NCBI GenBank assembly: GCA_951813565.1
Contig: OX638351.1
Span: 3,200,001 to 3,264,000 of the forward strand
Direction: 5' to 3'
From: an uncultured Poribacteria bacterium
Lineage (GTDB): Bacteria; Poribacteria; WGA-4E; WGA-3G
DNA: 64,000 nucleotides
Position 1 is the first letter of the stretch. The number at the start of each line of letters is the position of its first letter. Below are positions 62,531 to 64,000 of this stretch, piece after piece. A program made the position numbers and the translations under genes. Below the pieces are notes generated by a model. The model was not told the DNA's origin, did not search any database, and worked only from the letters and a program-made list of their open reading frames with translations.

Positions 62531-63295
62531 ATGGCTATTGAAAAGATACTGATTACAGGTGCCTCTGGATACCTTGCCCAATTTATCATTGAGCGGTTGC
62601 ACACCAAATATCAACTGACGCTGACCGATATTGTTGAACCTAAAACTGATTTTGCTGGGACAACATATATCAAAGCAGATGTAACAAATGCCTCTGAGAT
62701 TGAAGCGGCGTGTGCGGAGCAGGATGCTGTTGTTCACCTCGTTGCGCTGGTGCGGGAACGGCACGGTAAACCCTTGACCTTATTTGCTGATGTGATGGTG
62801 AAGGGAACATGGAATGTTGCGGAGGCATGTGCTCGGAAGGGCGTACAAAAATTGGTAAACATTTCCAGTATTTCTGCTTGTTCTCCTGCTCCTGGAGCCA
62901 AATTGCCATATCAGGTTGACGATGCATTTCAGTTCGGCGCTGGTGACCTTTATTATGCACTGGCGAAACACCTCGGCGAACAGATCGGTTTGGCGTACCA
63001 TCAGGCACACGGTTTGAAAGTAATTCATGTCCGTCCAGGTGTCATTGCAGGGGATGGGCTTAATCCCGGCCCTTCAGCACCTGAAGTCGTAACCGATCCT
63101 TGGTTCGTCTATGTTGATCCGAGGGATGTTGCGCAGTGTGTGGAACGTGCGATTGAAACGGAAAACGTTACTTACGGTGCATATAATGCAGTAGCGGGAC
63201 GGGCAGATTCGCGTTTTGATTGGAAGCAGGCAAAAAAGGAATTGGGATATTCACCCGAACATAATTGGGATGAGATACCAGACAGTGATCAATAG
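62531..63295 (+). CDS. NAD-dependent epimerase/dehydratase
   Basis: ITGASGYL, VHLVA, YALAK. Confidence 0.9.
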   Translation: MAIEKILITGASGYLAQFIIERLHTKYQLTLTDIVEPKTDFAGTTYIKADVTNASEIEAACAEQDAVVHLVALVRERHGKPLTLFADVMVKGTWNVAEACARKGVQKLVNISSISACSPAPGAKLPYQVDDAFQFGAGDLYYALAKHLGEQIGLAYHQAHGLKVIHVRPGVIAGDGLNPGPSAPEVVTDPWFVYVDPRDVAQCVERAIETENVTYGAYNAVAGRADSRFDWKQAKKELGYSPEHNWDEIPDSDQ

Positions 63296-63303
63296 GGGTG
63301 CTT

Positions 63304-64000
63304 ATGACTTTTCAAGAAAACGAATTTGAATCGCAAGCTGCAGAGCTGCGTGACAAAATCACCACACTTGATGCTGAACTCACCGAAGATTTCAAATCGA
63401 AATTCTTAATAGTCCCTTTTTTGTCTCGAAAGATTGTAAGCTTTCAGGGAAACAAAGACAAACCTGCCTATAATTGGTACAAATACAAAGAAGCATTTTC
63501 TGCAGGACTTGTTGAATACTTTTTGAGTAATTATGAAGGTGGCACACAAGGGAAGGTGCTTGATCCATTCGCAGGTATAGGCACGACCTTGTTTGCCGCA
63601 AGTGAACGAAGTATCCATGCTGATGGGATAGAATTACTACCTATTGGACAAGAAATTATCCAAACACGACTCTTATTGCAAAAGGGTTTGTCCTCCAGTG
63701 ACACTGCTACGCTTGAACGTTGGATAGCCTTCCAGCCGTGGAAAGAATTCCCAGAAAGAGTACCGTTCAACATATTCCGAATTACAAAAGGAGCGTACTC
63801 CTCGGAAACATTAGATGCGATTGAACGTTATAGAGGTGCAATGCATCAAGAAAGCGAGAAAATTCAAGCAATTCTTCGTCTTGCATTGTTATGCGTTTTA
63901 GAATCAATCAGTTATACGCGAAAAGATGGGCAATATCTGCGCTGGGATGCGCGCTCCGACAAAATACGACCAGGCACAAAGCCTTTCAATAAGGGTGAAA
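63304..64000 (+). CDS. DNA methyltransferase, partial (runs off window)
   Basis: VSFQGNK...WYKYKEAFS...VLDPFAGIGTT; SYTRKDGQYLRWD. Confidence 0.85.
   Translation, partial: MTFQENEFESQAAELRDKITTLDAELTEDFKSKFLIVPFLSRKIVSFQGNKDKPAYNWYKYKEAFSAGLVEYFLSNYEGGTQGKVLDPFAGIGTTLFAASERSIHADGIELLPIGQEIIQTRLLLQKGLSSSDTATLERWIAFQPWKEFPERVPFNIFRITKGAYSSETLDAIERYRGAMHQESEKIQAILRLALLCVLESISYTRKDGQYLRWDARSDKIRPGTKPFNKGE

Overview
64 kb of bacterial chromosome, most likely Candidatus Poribacteria or a relative. This is an inference from the many secreted LamG/lectin-like proteins with a shared VEPxxKLxxxWGxxK tail, TPR/WD40/HEAT proteins and dense palindromic intergenic repeats. Core content includes nadD-yacG-yqeK-rsfS, thiI, rnhC, a GT9 heptosyltransferase, nagB, a PyrR-attenuated pyrR-pyrC-carA-carB operon lacking pyrB, trpB, gmhA, a Na+/solute symporter and sugar-catabolism enzymes. 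Main accessory observations: (1) a 7-kb island (32.1-39.1 kb) with five paralogous, exactly 201-aa PD-(D/E)XK-like proteins, a WD40-trypsin fusion, a DUF5677-like gene and BrnT/BrnA-type parts; (2) two loci where cargo genes are followed by a diverged copy of the upstream host gene's 3' end; (3) a tnpA-deleted IS200/IS605 element with intact TnpB that splits a DNA methyltransferase at a TTAG site, with both ends predicted from guide/cleavage pairing; (4) multi-level nested palindromic elements inserted in REP hairpin loops, with conserved ends but different cargo; (5) a putative C-terminal sorting signal on five secreted proteins; (6) a UxxC ArsC-like selenoprotein missed by the ORF track. All calls are from motif recognition by eye; no database searches were run.
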